This document shows positions 63,711 to 64,000 of a DNA stretch of 64,000 bases, one piece after another (the first letter of the stretch is position 1; each line of letters starts with the position of its first letter). The position numbers and the translations under genes are program-made. This DNA is from Deltaproteobacteria bacterium (GTDB lineage Bacteria > Myxococcota_A > UBA9160 > JAFDDA01). The stretch lies in the NCBI GenBank assembly GCA_019311105.1, contig JAFDDA010000020.1:14550-78549 (forward strand), written 5' to 3'. The notes under the pieces are model-generated. The model searched no databases, was not told the origin of the DNA, and was given only the letters and a program-made list of their open reading frames with translations.

Positions 63711-63724
63711 ACGATACGTATCGT
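63711..63724. promoter_or_regulatory. Perfect 14-bp palindrome in an AT-rich divergent intergenic region (candidate operator)
   Basis: ACGATACGTATCGT sits immediately upstream of TATTGTATTAT (-10-like), between the desaturase-like gene and the CoA-transferase gene. Confidence 0.4.
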
Positions 63725-63796
63725 TATTGTATTATCCGAGCCGCTCGGGAGCCCTTCTTCGGCCCTGAAGCGCACAGCCCGCGAGAGGACACCCCC

Positions 63797-64000
63797 TTGG
63801 ACAAGCGCACCACCGAAGCCCGCGTCGTCGCCGAGCTGCGCGATGGGATGACCATCGGGATCGGCGGCTGGGGCTCGCGCCGCAAACCCATGTCGCTGGT
63901 GCGCGAGATCCTTCGCACCGAGTTGAAGGACCTGACGATCGTCACCTACGGCGGCCCCGAGGTCGGCCTGCTCTGCAAGGCGGGCAAGGTGCGCCGCCTT
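63797..64000 (+). CDS. CoA-transferase subunit A (glutaconate/3-oxoacid CoA-transferase family, IpdA-like), 5' fragment running off the right edge
   Basis: GAGAGGA SD and TTG 63797. The translation MDKRTTEARVVAELRDGMTIGIGGWGSRRKPMSLVREILRTELKDLTIVTYGGPEVGLLCKAGKV matches, from memory, the IpdA-type alpha subunit N-terminus. Confidence 0.8.
   Translation, partial: MDKRTTEARVVAELRDGMTIGIGGWGSRRKPMSLVREILRTELKDLTIVTYGGPEVGLLCKAGKVRRL

Overview
This is a visibly GC-rich, gene-dense chromosomal window with about 62 protein-coding genes. I found no rRNA, tRNA, CRISPR array, transposase or prophage. Most long ORFs in the six-frame track are Arg/Pro/Gly-rich shadow frames of the real genes, and I rejected them. 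The real genes are mostly housekeeping and lipid or acyl-CoA metabolism: thiolase, two acyl-CoA synthetases, acetoacetyl-CoA and propionyl-CoA synthetases, a carboxyltransferase beta subunit, an acyl-CoA dehydrogenase, a crotonase, a thioesterase and a CoA-transferase. Around them sit many envelope proteins, including numerous lipoproteins, an outer-membrane barrel, a PEP-CTERM protein, two 7TM histidine kinases, a PilZ protein and a Ser/Thr kinase. An AGPS-like oxidase, a YhhN protein, PEP-CTERM sorting and the eukaryote-like kinase suggest a Myxococcota or deltaproteobacteria-like Gram-negative; this is inference only. The most interesting items are listed below.

- A Cys-x44/45-Cys module unknown to me is present in two tandem small lipoproteins and in a secreted SW-x-H repeat protein.
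- A 1069-aa rhomboid protease is fused to a TPR region, two 33-bp-period acidic repeat arrays and a C-terminal globular domain.
- A Ser/Thr kinase with four zinc ribbons is translationally coupled to a YhhN membrane protein.
- A MITE-like 29-bp perfect inverted repeat carries 11-bp flanking duplications.
- A palindromic TATAAT box lies 6-7 nt from two divergent start codons, which points to leaderless transcripts.
- Perfect tandem repeats occur at two gene junctions.
- Four genes are disrupted. This could reflect real decay or assembly indels.
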